Positions 35,130 through 48,089 are shown, counted from the first letter of the whole stretch. The stretch: DNA of 63,631 bases, filler included, from Nemertoderma westbladi (GCA_032718475.1; 3 parts of 3 records of this genome joined end to end with filler, not necessarily neighbours in it); one strand, 5' to 3'. Notes: generated by a model not told the origin, from the letters alone. Program-made: numbers and translations.

Positions 35130-37268
35130 GGGAATTAATTAGGTAGCACCATAGAAGTCAAGCAAGACTGAATGAATGCCTATTGCTGTGGGTTCCCTCA
35201 GTGGAGTTAAGAATGCAATGTGTGAAATAATATATGTATAAGTTTAGTGGGCTCATGGAGACATCCTGGAGTCGATTTATTTGTTTCCTGAGGAAGCAGC
35301 TTTGTATAGTCTACCCTGTCGAAGACTGATAACAAGTCCAAGGAAAGGATATGTGTTTCTGAGTGTTGCTTGTTGAAGTAGGAGATAATATTGGTAACGG
35401 TCAAGTAAGTGATTTCAGTGCTTATTGGTGGTTTAAAACCCAGTTGTAGGTCATTTGTTTTTAACTGTATATTATAAGCTCTTTTAGTACTGTAGTCTCC
35501 CAGAGTTATGCGATAATAGCTATTAGTGTTATCCCTCGATAGTTTTTTGCAGGGGTCTTATTTAGTGTTTTCCCTTTGTGGACTGGTATCAGTAGTGACT
35601 CTCCTAATTTGTTTGGACATGATCCAGTAACTCTCATGGTGTTGAACATATGAGATAGGAAACGAAGAAGACCATCACATAAACCAAATCACAGGTGCTC
35701 TGCCTTCAGGTTGAAAACATCAGAGGCTTTATTGCTGTTAAGTGACCGAATTGCCTCTGCAATTTCCGTAGGGTTTATCAGGGGTACTAATTCATTGGGT
35801 GGTAGATGCTTTGCATTGTGTTGTTGTTCTTTACATGTCATAGGTAATTTGAAGTGATCATGGTAGTAGTTGATTAGATTATCTGTTGCTTCTTCAGAAG
35901 GATCAATATGTCGGTGAGCAGATTTTATACACCTCCAGAATCGATTGTCGTTACCTTTGCAGTATTCAGCCATCTCTGTTATGTGTTGTTCATATTGTCT
36001 CTTCTGGACGTATGATAGTGCTGTGCTGTAGCAGCGACAAGTATTATGGTAATACATGTAGGATTCATTCTCATAATTAATGATACCTCCATCATTCTCC
36101 CATGCAAGCTTGGCCTTTTCCATGTCCTCTGTCCTCCTTAAGGAGACCAATTTTGTTTCCTTGTTGGATTTTACCCTTGCGAGCAATAGCACTGTAGTTC
36201 TGTTTGGTCCTTCGTTTTAAGTATGTACGTTGGATGTGATTTCTTGCAGCACGGAGTATTGTCTGTGAGACTATGTTCAGGGATATTTTAGCGCATTCTG
36301 GATCTATTTAGTAATTTGACTCACTGTACATGGTGTTGAATTGAGGGGTAAGGTAGGATTCAATTTCATCATTATATTGATTAACTTGGACTGTTGTTGC
36401 TTTATTGAAATTAAAAAATTCGGCCTTCTGCTTGTATCGTTTCAAGCAACAATTAAAGTCTTTATCATAGAACAGCATTGCGGATACAGGTGTATGATCA
36501 GCTAGATTGCAGGGGTCATCATTAAGTACAATACATGATTTCACACAATTTGATAGGTCTTAGCTTGTTAGAATGTGATCAATGTAAGATGAGTGTATAA
36601 TTCGACCATCCTTTGTCTTATTGCGGTAGGTTATAAGAGGGCTGGAAGCAATTTCTGAGAGGTCGGTGATATCTAGTCCAAAGTCATGTGTAATATAATC
36701 ATTAAATAACTTCCCAAATTGAGATAATTTACTTTGTCGGTGGCTATTAGTGGAGCCAAGGCTACCATTTATAACCCCAATAATCATTACCTTTAGGCCA
36801 TTCTGAGAGGCCTCCTGTATCAAAGTTCTCAGTCTTCCACAGCTTTCAGTGACTTTATGAACATCTCCAGGTCTCTTACAATTTGAAGGCATATAAACCG
36901 CTATCACTGCCATATTTACTATAGTTGGATGATTCGTCACATTTATAGCAAGCATATGATCTGATTTTGTATCTATCTCTGTGCAGTATGGTTGTAATTC
37001 TTTTCTAATAAGCTGTTCCACCCTCCCCACCAAAGGCTGTCCTATGGTTTATCATCTCTGTTGCGACTGTATAGATGCAGTCGTGTTGTGCAAAGCAAGA
37101 GGTATTCTTTAAATGAAATTCTGCTTTCCTAGGCCCCAGCCAAGTCTCCTGTATTGCAAGGATGTCAGGATTAAGTCATCCATTACCTTATGTATATATA
37201 GGTTATTTCGTATGAAACACTGGCAGTTGAATGAGGTAATGTTTAATTTTCTCTTATTTGTGTTCATA
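35130..37268 (-). pseudogene. ORF2 (APE-RT) of the RTEX-like LINE, fragmented
   Basis: Motifs are spread over ORFs 37109-37402, 36560-37033, 36308-36544, 35689-36192 and 35207-35404; the RT C-terminal half is largely deleted. Confidence 0.8.
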
Positions 37269-37657
37269 CTGTGTTTCCCTGTTCTAGGTTTAGCAGTCTT
37301 GGGGTAGGAGCCTTTATGTAGTGGATGAATTTGTTTTGGCAGCTTGTAGAGATTGGTTACTTTAAAAGGGATTCCTATCCATAGTCCTGCCTCCATTAGC
37401 ATATCTATTACTTTGTATGTCTCTTTGCCAACCTGGAGTTTGCTGGCCTGTTGTAGATTCTATTCGATGTCCTCTAGACCTAGGTATTGTGCTGATATCA
37501 TGAGACTTGGTGTGGTACTGATTCATGTTAGTCCTGTATTGATGCGTCTGCATCCATCTATCATGAGATTTGTCACGAAATCTGTTGTAATCACGACTAT
37601 GGTCATAGAGGGGTGCTGTTTGTGTTAGCTTTTCTAGTGGTTGGGTTCTAGTGGTTT

Positions 37658-40106
37658 CTAGTGCTCTTTGGCTCTGTACTGTTGATGGTGGTGATTGTGA
37701 TATTTTGTTCGAGAGGGTAGTGGTTGGGGGTTTGAGTGATAGTCATATCGAGCGTCTCTGTGGTCTCCGGTTCTCTGTTCATTGATATGGATATTGTCAC
37801 CAGGCCAGATGGATTGGTTTAGGAAGGTGTTCAATAATTCTGCTGGGATGGTTAATTTAGCTTGTTTACATTCGCCTCTGTTCCCCTTAATCCAAATATT
37901 TATCGGCCTTGAACCTGTTTGTCTGTAACAGAATTGAGACAGGGAAGTTGAACTGGTATTAGCTGGAAGGCCTGAAATTACAACAATTTTTGTGCTGATG
38001 TCTTCTTTATTCAGATCACCTGCATTACTATAATGATGGCAGTGTGGTGTTCTTTCGTCTATGAGTCTCAGAAGTAAATTGTTCTGTTCAGAGAGTTGGT
38101 TAGATAGTTTAGATAAGTAATCCAGTTCGCTGAAGGTGTTGGAGGTTTCAATAGCAGTAACATTTTCTTTCGAGGTTGTGGCTTTTTTAGTTTTTCTTGG
38201 TTCTTTCCAGATGTGTTTGCTGTTGATTACTTCATCAATAGATCCTGGTGCAGTGATTGAAATGATTTCATGTTCAACCACACCAGAAACATCTAGGGGT
38301 CCCACACTCCTGTCGCTGTTACTAAGGCAATTATATGTTGTAGATATTGTATCCAATATCATCAGCTCTGGCTCGGATCGATTGTCAGTAGCATTAGTAT
38401 CACTGATTGTTGTGTTTTCATTGTCCTTGCTAGGTGAGGTGTTGCTGTTTTCCAGGGATACCTTTAATACTTTACATTTAGGCTTATTGGCAGGCTGTTT
38501 AACCTTTTTCCCCTTCCTCCAATGAGGAAAGCTACTTTTCTTAAGGGTAGTCGCATTATCTTCCTGTTTATGGTTAGGGTCTTTAACTTTCTGCTGGATT
38601 TTGTTATGTGACCCCTGGGTTGGGTTGGCATGTGCTAGGTTTGGGCTACGCTTATCAATAGTCTTAATGATTTCCTCCAGATTAGCAACTCTTGATGTTA
38701 CAGCTTCATAATTTGTTTGTACTGACTTAAGTTCAATTTGTATGTTAGCCAGTTTATCGATGAGGTCAAGAAAGCCCAAAGCGTCAACATATGATATGTT
38801 AACCATTTTCCTAAAACTGGGGGAAATTGCCTTCGATTCCAGGACTAGGGCGAATTCAGTTACATCAATAGCCAGTTCATCAATTGATCTACGGTTAATT
38901 AATGTTAGTTTTGCTCTGGTTGTGTCACTGAAGAGTATTGCTTGTATTTCATTAAACAAAATATTTTGAAAGAATTGTAATCTGGGCATACCTAAGGATG
39001 TTGTCAACTGTTTGGCCAGTATGTCCTTTGGGTTACGTAAAAAGTTTTCTGACTTGAGCAAATCAATAAAAGAAATTGCTGAAGTGACTTGTTCTGCTCG
39101 GGCTATGAAGTCTGGAATATCCTTATCACCAGAATTTGAATAGTGATTAAAGGTTGCTGTTAAGGAGTTCAGTGGTACTGATTGGTGGTAAAGACTCTGG
39201 GTAGGCTTAGCGATTTTATGTTGTTGGGGCTGCTGGGCTTTGCTTATTCCTTTAGGGATCTTTGGTTTCTTATTACATTTTCTTACTGCGCTGTAAGATA
39301 GATTACTAGCTTCAACATCTATGTGGTCAATAATTTTCATGGCTTCGACGCAGTTGCGAAGCCATTGGTGGGATGATTTACTGTCATAATGAATATGTGA
39401 TATGTGATCGTGATCCTGAGCTGTGGCAAGTGCATATAAGCAGAGAAAGGTCCCACAATCGTATCCATCCATTAGACTGTTTGGGGAAGGCATCGTTTTT
39501 TGTTGAAGCAGTCCATGGGCTAGGAGCCAAATCAGTACTATGCCAGGGGTTGTGTATGTCTATTTTGTTTAATATGTCAATAATTGAGAAGGTTACTCTG
39601 CTTGGCATAGAGGTGCCCAGCGAATCCAGGACATGTACAGTTTTGGACTGTGAATTTGCAACATGCAGAATAAATTGGTTCCCTGTGCATTCCAGGAAGA
39701 ACAATATAGTTGATGGTGAAGCCTGGTGCCGACTGAAGTAGCGTTCTGCAACATATTTAATGGCACTGAGATAATCCCATCCTGCGGTTCTAAGCTTAAA
39801 ACTGAGTTGGCTTGGTATTGATGCCGTGTGTCCAGACTGGCGTTCCAGGATTCCAAGGAAACCATCAACGATGTCATCACTAATCCACTGGCCGGGATTG
39901 AGTGTTTTGAGTGCTTCAGGAAGTGAATCTGTAATTGCTGGAGAAAAGCTGTGATCAGAGCTTAAGCCTTTGAGATGTCTTACGATCAGCTGAGATTGTT
40001 CCTCCTCACTGATAAACAACTTGGGCAGTGTTAGGGTGAATGTCTGGATAAACACCAGAGTTAAAGTTATCCATTGGGTTTCAATAATTGGGTTCCAAAA
40101 GTTCAA
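37658..40106 (-). pseudogene. ORF1 of the RTEX-like LINE: Ulp1-like domain, coiled coil, RRM-like C-terminus
   Basis: LKTLNPGQWISDDIVD..HVLDSLG..FPKQSNG joins YDCGTFLC if a 4-nt GGAT duplication at ~39465 is removed. C-terminal VVISGLP..AKLTIP..FLNQSIWP. Confidence 0.75.
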
Positions 40107-41449
40107 TAACCTGGCTCACCATGGAGAAGGGGGGAGGAGGCCCATGTCATTTGGGAATTTCTATGCAACAATATTTCACTGGTGATTTTAAGCTTAGGCT
40201 GCTGTTACTAGCTTGGCAGTTAGGGGTGCTGACATCGAACTGTGAGGGCTTAATTTCGGGCTCGGCTAGGGTGAAATAAGGTGAGGTAGTTGGTGAAGGG
40301 CCCTGTCTAGTATCTGGGTCCGTGCTAGAGGGTTCTAGGGAAACAATTGTATTGATTGGTGAAATACCAGGGATTTCTCTATCTGCAGTTTGGTTGATTG
40401 ATTGTTGCAATCGAAATTAAGCCCTCACAGTTCGATGTCAGCACCCCTAACTGCCAAGCTAGTGCTGTTGCTGCAAATTGGAAATTGGATTCTGATGTTT
40501 GTGGGTATTTCTTATTTTCCATTTTCCATTTCCTTGTAGGTCCATGACGGTGATTGTTTCTTTTGGTTTGTTCTGGCTAGTGTAGTTGTTTTGTTGGATA
40601 GGAGGTGCTATGGTGTCATCAGAAAAACCAAAGACTGATTGTGTGGTGTTTGTTATCCCGGTTGTTATATGTGGGTGGTTGGTTTCCTTGCAGAGATGGA
40701 CGTGACACATCCATGGATTTAACTGGTTTCTTTGAGATAGTCAGAGTGGAGTGGAAAGTCAGAGTAGAGTGGAACGCCATAATGCGTTTCTTGCGGGGCT
40801 TGTGGAGATTGCATGTATAGTCTTATTCCGCACCTTTAACACTTTGGAGAGCCGGCCTTGACTTCTGGTGTGTGGCCTACAAGTGGGTGGTGATGATGAA
40901 CATTGCAGGGTTGTTGCTGGGGGACTGATAACAGTGGCAGTATGCCATTTTAATGTTGTTGACTGGCTCATTGGGAGTGTAGCTACGGAAGTGGAGTTAT
41001 TCTGGTGTACTTTGATGGTAGGAGTGAGTGGATGATCATTAGGATGCACTGTCGCCCCTACAACAGCATAGGGCATGGAGGCATTATGTGTAGAAGTATT
41101 GAGAGGATGATGTTGTGGGGTATAGGGTGGACTGGAAGTATAACTAGCGTTCAACACAGTAATGGGTGGGAAGGGGGTAATGAGTTTTATTAGCGTTTGA
41201 GTAAGTAACTGTAGGAGTTGTATGTAACTTATCAAATAGTGGGTTATCTAAGTTGGCAATTGTTAAAGGGGCATTACTAAAAGACAATTGTGTCAAATAT
41301 TCGTTTGAGTAAGTAACTGTCGGGGTTGTATGTAACTTAGCAAAATTTGGGTTATCTAAATTGGGAATTGTTAAAGAGGCGTTACTAAAAGATATAATAT
41401 AATTATTATATAATACAGAATTCATAACAAACCCCAGGTTATCCTTGTT

Positions 41450-42620
41450 CAATGGGGTCCTGGATTCGAACGGGTCTGGTTTACTTGTCCCAGAGCTGGA
41501 CCCAAAGTACACTGGAACCGGTTTACTCTTTACAGAGTCGAATCGACTTGATTTTCTCATACCGGAATCGACTGGGTCCAGTTTACGTGCCATGGAGTTG
41601 GGTCGGCTCGGTTTTTTCGTCCTGGAAGCGAATGGGTCTGGTTTGCATATTCCTGAGTCAACAGGGTCCGGTTTCCCCCTCCAGGGATCGACTGGGTCCA
41701 GTTTGGTAGTCTCGAAGTCGACTGGCTTCGGTTTAGTCGTCCTGGAATCGATTTGGTCCGGTTTTCTCGTCGTGGAGACAAATCAGCACAGATTTCTCAT
41801 ACTGGAATCGACTGGGTCCGGTTTACTCGACCCAGAATCGACAGGACCCGATTTAATCTTCCCGGAGTCCACTGGGTCCAGTTTGCTGGTCCCAGGGTCA
41901 AGTTGGTCTGGTTTACTCATCCCAGAGTCAACTTGGTCCAGATTATTCACCACAGAGTCGAATTGGCGCAGATTTCTCATAGTAGAATTGACTGGGTCCA
42001 GTTTACTCGACCCACAGTCAACAGGACCCGGTTTACACGTCCCGGAGTTGGCTCGGTCCGGTTTACTGGTCCCAGAGTGAAGTTGATCCGGTTTACTCAC
42101 CACGGGGTCGAGCTGATGCGGATTTCTTGTAGCAGGATCGGCTGGGTCCAGTTTACACGTTCTGGAGTCAACTGGGTCCAGTTTAAACGTCCCGGGGACG
42201 ACTAGGTCCAGTTTACACGTCCTGTGGTTGACTAGGTCCGGTTTACACGTCCCGGAATCAACTGGGTCCAGTTTACACGTCCCAAAATATACTAAGTCCG
42301 GTTTACACGTCCCGGTATCGACTGGGTCCTGTTTACACGTCCTGGGGTCGACTGGGTCTGGTTTACACGTCCTGGGGTCAACTGGGTCCGGTTTTCACGT
42401 CCCAGGGTTGACTGGGTCCGGTTTACACGTCCCAAAATCGACTGGGTTAGGTTTACATGGCCTGGAATCGACAGGGTCCAGTTTACACGTCACGGGGTCG
42501 ACTAGGTCCAGTTTACACGTCCCGGGATCAACTGGTTCCGGTTTACACATCCCTGAATCGACTGGGTCCGGTTTACACGTCCCGAAATCGACTGGGTCCA
42601 GTTTACACGTCCCGGATTCT
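41450..42620. repeat. Degenerate 30-bp tandem array, about 39 copies, in the 5' region of the RTEX-like LINE
   Basis: Consensus TCGACTGGGTCCGGTTTACACGTCCCGGAA; minus strand translates as DPVDSGTCKP repeats. Confidence 0.92.
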
Positions 42621-42849
42621 TTGTCGATGGGGATCATATTGGAATGCTGCTGGTGCTCTTTAGCAATTGCCCTTTACTTCGGGGGTGCTTAGGAGAGTGT
42701 TGTACTACCATCTTTAAAGATAATATTCCACTTTACAACATAGGGTGTGTAAATTTATTATACAGTGTTAGCAGTAAGCAGTGCCAGCCAGTATAAGTAG
42801 AAATGAACAATGACTATAATCGTACGGTAACTTTCAATGGATGGCCAAT

Positions 42850-43515
42850 TCAATGGAATCATACTGTTGCTCAAGTTGGATTTCACACTGGGCTGTTGCA
42901 ACAGAGAGGACAAGTCATGCCGCGGCAAGGCAGATTTCGTTGTTCTGCTAGCACGCAGACTAAGTCTTACCTTGGCCACAATAAGGCGGTGATCACTGGA
43001 GAAGGGTCGAAGTGTAAATGCACTACAGTACATGTACAGGGCTCCTGTATTTCCTACGAAACAGAATATGGTCTCCCTGGGACTTGTGACCACGGGGTCC
43101 ACTATGAGTCCATAGCTTTCCAGTTCACTTCTTGAACCGGGTTCCAGCCGAAAAAAATTCATTTCCAGAGATAAAATCCTGAAGATGGACTTAGTTTCGG
43201 TTAACACTTGCTATATAGACCAAGTGAGGTAGATGAGTGATGTAGACCTGTATTAAAGTCACCCAGGAAAGTTAAGAAAACATGCTGATCCACTCCATCA
43301 GTAGCTGCTTGCAGATTGTGGAAGAAATTGCCACCTCCTCTACTGGGGCGACTGTAGTTGGAGAAGAGCACACTATGAGAACCACCTTAGTAAACTTCTT
43401 AACAAGTCTTCCAGCACATGAGACAAGTGGCTTTACTTTCACTTCTATTCATACTTTTACGGCTTTACTGGCGTACTCACTGAACTCAGACAGAAAACGC
43501 TTGAAAGGTATCTGA
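42850..43515 (-). mobile_element. RTE family B APE endonuclease fragment
   Basis: SSDHRLIVAKVRLSLRAS and VCSSPT motifs; its expected continuation lies at 34832. Confidence 0.75.
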
Positions 43516-43679
43516 AACAAAACAAAACAATTTGAAATATTTGTTTTTTTGTTAAGTAACATAATATCGTAAAGCAAATAAAAGTTACAGATTCAGTTTC
43601 ACTGTAAAGTCACTCCTCTGATTCCATCTTCACATAGATATCATTCAAGATCTGTATACGAACTCGTGTGGGTAGCATC

Positions 43680-44915
43680 CAAGGTGTACTAAATAACAGG
43701 TCATGCAGCGAGCGGATTCCGGCCGATCGTTTAGCTATTTATGACTGTTCAAATTCCGAACGCCTGTAATTCAAGACGACAAGGGATTCTGTTCTTGAGA
43801 TTTGGTATATGAGTAAAGGGAATAAAAGTCTATCAACATATTTTACTTTTTTTTAATTTTTTTCAATCCCGTTTCCATGGTGACGGGAATTACAATAATT
43901 TCCCATTATGACCGCCAGATAGAAATTGGGCTACTATTTACTACTTATATAATTTTAAACAAACATGCCTGGTGGCTGTCCTTTATTTCTAATAATTGCT
44001 AACCGAAATTTAATATTCTGGAATGTCAAAATCATGCTATCACAGGTCTTGCTCTCTGATTGGACTGTTTAGTTTATTGGCAAATGTTGACTTTTAGAAT
44101 TATGATTCACAATTGACGAAATATAAAATAAAATGTTGGCAATTTTAACTTATTATTTAGACTTACAAACCGAATAAAATGGTGTTTTATAGAATTGGTA
44201 GACGATTTTTTTCTAATTTTTCATTATACTTATTTTCATGGCAACGGAAATGTAAACAAATTCAAATGTAAAATATTTTGATAGAATTTTATTTCCTTTA
44301 TTCACCTACTAAATCTCCAGGGAAGAATCCATTGTCGACTTGAAATACAAGCGCGCAAAGTTTGAACTTTACACCCGGTTACCTTGGCAACTACAAGATA
44401 AAAACTCCAGAAAGACATTTTATTTTACATTTCTATGAACCCTAGTTATCATATCCACCTAACCAAAGTTGCATAAGAGAGGTTTCTAAGAAAATATTAT
44501 GAAAATAGTGTCATAAATAGGTAAACGATCGGCCCACGTTAATTTCAGGAATCCGCTTGCTGCATGACCTGTTATTTAGTACACCTTGCGTGTTGCATGA
44601 CCTGTTATTTAGTACACCTTGCGTGCTGCATGACCTGTTATTTAGTATACCTTGCGTGCTGCATGACCTGTTATTTAGTACACCTTGCGTGCTGCATGAC
44701 CTGTTATTTAGTACACCTTGCGTGCTGCATGACCTGTTATTTAGTACACCTTGCGGGCTGCATGACCTGTTATTTAGTACACCTTGCGTGCTGCATGACC
44801 TGTTTAGTACACCTTGCGTGATGCATGACCTGTTATTTAGTACACCTTGCGGGCTGCATGACCTGTTATTTAGTACACCTTGCGGGCTGCATGACCTGTT
44901 ATTTAATAGACCTTG
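43680..44915. mobile_element. P-element-like (or hAT-like) MITE with perfect 8-bp TSD
   Basis: GTAGCATC|CAAGGTGTACTAAATAACAGGTCATGCAG ... CTGCATGACCTGTTATTTAATAGACCTTG|GTAGCATC. Confidence 0.9.
44559..44915. repeat. 33-bp minisatellite, about 11 copies, made of the MITE right TIR
   Basis: Unit GCTGCATGACCTGTTATTTAGTACACCTTGCGT; its first 30 bp are the reverse complement of 43680-43709. Confidence 0.95.
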
Positions 44916-46163
44916 GTAGCATCCTAGCGCCAATGCGGCCTATTCGGCTAACTTCACCCTTTCGGATGATATAATCTCGTTCACTTTGCGTTGTTCTCTA
45001 TTCATCGGAACTTTCATCCCAGGTTTCCTATCAGCTCGGGAACACATAAGTCTTACCATCGCCAGCACGAATCCGCGTAGACTCTTGGATGTAAGAGCTG
45101 AGGCATGACTACCACCCTCATTGTCGTATAACACGAAGCTATAATTATCCAACTCAGCTTCTGTCCTGTTACAAGCATCCAAAGCTGTTCCAACCAAGTA
45201 TCCTGGCTGGCTGGACGTGTCCAACTATTGCCAATAGTGTTGGAATCCTTCATTCCTATTATAAATATTATAATAGTCTCACGCAGATGCTTAATCATTC
45301 CCCCGCCCATATCTCAGCTTTTTATCAAAGAAATCATTCTGTGTTACAAACTGTATTTGGAATCCTTGCATGTTCAGCTTATCATCGGTTCCAACCAACA
45401 AATCACTATAAGGTTGAAGAATAACTTCGGTGTAGCTGGTGAAATAATGCCTGTCAAACAATATTGTCATTTGCCACGCGAAGGCTCAACAACTGAATGG
45501 TCTGAGCTGGCAAATCAGCTGGTCCTGGCCTGGGGTGTCTATAATAATTGTAGCAATCTGTTTCTTCAGTCAGACTGTTTTTCCTGTTAGATTTAATGTG
45601 ACGGTAAAAACCTGCCATATTCAGACTTTAGATTTAACAGCAGGACTACAGTTTGTAGTCCTGCCCTTATCTCATATTGTTGATTTTATCATACAAATGA
45701 TTTTGCTATATTGGGGAATCTGCAATAATTCATTAATATATTTTGTAAATATTGCGCTCAATTATTAATAATTATTTTAGATATATTTGATAGAATAAGT
45801 TCAGTTGCCTGATTCTGGTTATACATTATTATAGTCTGCGGTTGCAGAATGTAGCCGACAGTTTCAGTAATGGAATATCCCTGTGGTAAGTTTTGAGATG
45901 TAATACAAATAGTTTCGACGTATTGTATTACTACTGTACATTATGTATTTAGCGTCGTGTAGGCATTGTACATCAATATTTATAAACACAGGTATTTATC
46001 AACCGGTCACGTCTACTAGATCGCCTAGAATCCGCGGATCCAATTACGGATCCGCCCGTTACTATACATTACAGTATATGGTATCCGACGAATTCAAGTG
46101 AATCACCGATCCAATAAAATCATTACGGCCTACATGCAATTAGGACAGAACCACGGAAGTACA

Positions 46164-46979
46164 CTACTACTACTAGGTCGAGCGAACTCGGACAGTGGAA
46201 ATGAGATCCTTCCAGGCTTCCCGATTCTCCATAGTTGTCGCAATTTCGTTTCTCCCTAGTTCAGTATCCCTTTCAAGTTGATCTATATATGTTATGGCCG
46301 GTCGTCCACGACTACGCTTTCCATGAGTTGGTTGCCAGAAAAGTAGATCTGGTATGACCTCGTCTTTACTTCGCCAGCAGTGCCCACTGAATCTTAATCT
46401 GCGTTCACGGAGGGTGGTTGATAGAGGTGGTATTGTACCATAAAGCTCGGCGTTTGTCATGTGTTGTCTCCAGCTGATGTTTAGGGCTGCCCTTAGTAGT
46501 CTTGTGTAGCAACCATCAATTCGTTGTTCAAGTGATTTAGTCAGTGTCCAGGTCTCACCCCCGTATAAAAATACACTTTCCACTGTGGCTCGAAATAACT
46601 TAGTCTTCAGGTGCCTGGAGAGATCTGATTTCCAGATGGTATCCATTTTTGATAGAGCTACCCAAGCCTTTGCTTTCCTAACTTCTATGTCCTTTTTGCT
46701 AGTCTCTATCCATGATCCAAGGTACTGGAAGTCGTCGACCTTCCTTAGTTGATTATTATCAATGTTTGTCAAGTTTCCATCAACATTAAAGGTCATGAAT
46801 TCGGTCTTGGTAGCATTTATATGCAATCCAACCTCCTTAGCAGCCCTCTCCACTTTATTCAGTAGAATATGTTCATCTGTTAGCGTATTAGAGAGCAGGG
46901 CGGATGTCATCCGCAAAGTCGGTGTCTGTGACTAGTTGCCGGATATCTACTACTTCTGCGTTCTTAGAGTGTGAATCAA
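46164..46979 (-). mobile_element. RTE family A 5'-truncated copy
   Basis: 247-aa ORF nearly identical to the 25781-26607 region; (TAG)n tail at 46164-46176. Confidence 0.95.
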
Positions 46980-47396
46980 TGTCTTATTAAAATTATTATA
47001 ATGTATATTATAAGTAGATACTGAGACTTTTATATAATGTTTTGTTTAAAGGCTGGTAACTTGCTCTTACCCCAACAGGACAGGTAATACTAAGAGGTGG
47101 GTCGTTGGATGTGCCATGGATGTAAGAGGCGATTCAATCAGTTACACTGCCGTACATATAATATTACCCAACCCTCTTTGTTAAACTCTAAACAATACTA
47201 AAATAACCAAATTTATTTTTACATTGATTATATTCTCTGATTGTGTCCGACATACAATTTATTCGTGTGAGAAAAATATGTTACACTAAACCCTATGGGG
47301 TCAGATCATCATCAATAAAATTTTGTTTGCCCCTCGACCCCCAAATGTACCTCCAATTGCAATAACATTTCAATTTATTTTAATATATTTTTGCAG

Positions 47397-47541
47397 CTTC
47401 TGAAATATTAATGAAGATGATTAAGGAAGGATCACTTTTAACTGATATTAAAGAATTCTTTGAAAATACGAACTTTGATATTAATGACTCTGTGGATAAA
47501 AGGGGTTTAACTGCGTTGCATTTGGCGGTCTTTGCGAACAG
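47397..47541 (+). CDS. Ankyrin-repeat protein, first visible coding exon
   Basis: tttttgcag| ..DINDSVDKRGLTALHLAVFANR |gtgaac; ends in phase 2, matching the next exon. Confidence 0.85.
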
Positions 47542-47740
47542 GTGAACACAATAAATACAATTGCTACGAATCTGACAAAATTGGTCACTTCAGAATACTG
47601 TGTTCTACCCGTACATTAATTTTGGAATTTATATTTATTGTAGAATTGTTATTGGCTATGTAACACTTGTTTTGGTTATGTTTTTTAGCTATTGGTTTGG
47701 CATTCTGCTAAACTAAGCTTGGCGAAGAGTCAGTTAACAT

Positions 47741-48089
47741 CAGAGGCGTAGCGAGGGCGGGGGAAGGGGGGGGGATGTTCCCCCGGGCGCACTCACCCAG
47801 GGGCGCTGAAATGTCAGGTAATTCTTGTAAAAAATTTGACAAATCAGTGAAAAGTCAGGGATTGTGATATGTGTCATAAGCGAAAATGTGGAAAAATTTT
47901 TCTCTTCTCTCTTCCCTCGCCAATCAATATATTATAAGTGCACTTTCTGTATATCAAACTTGTGTATAATAGGATATATAATATTTAAGAAAAAACATCA
48001 TAAATGAAAAGTTTAAATTATTGAATGTTAGGGGTATCCGTATCTCAGCTTCATTCCCCTGGGCGCCTGAAGGGCTCGCTACGCCTCTG
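47741..48089. mobile_element. hAT-like MITE in intron
   Basis: 15-bp TIR CAGAGGCGTAGCGAG / CTCGCTACGCCTCTG; 8-bp TSD GTTAACAT / GTTAACAC. Confidence 0.9.

Larger units (their letters stand above)
34834..42790 (-). mobile_element. RTEX-like two-ORF LINE (~8 kb) with Ulp1-like domain in ORF1, decayed
   Basis: AATTAAA plus poly(A) at 34834-34846 (minus). ORF2 remnants ITSFNC, IAVYMPS, YIDHI, ADHTP, KASD..KAEHL, NYRGITL, QLGFK. Long ORF1 upstream. Clade and 5' end are tentative. Confidence 0.75.

Noticed and set aside
44511-44933. Repetitive ORFs on both strands
   Set aside because: Derived from the 33-bp TIR array.
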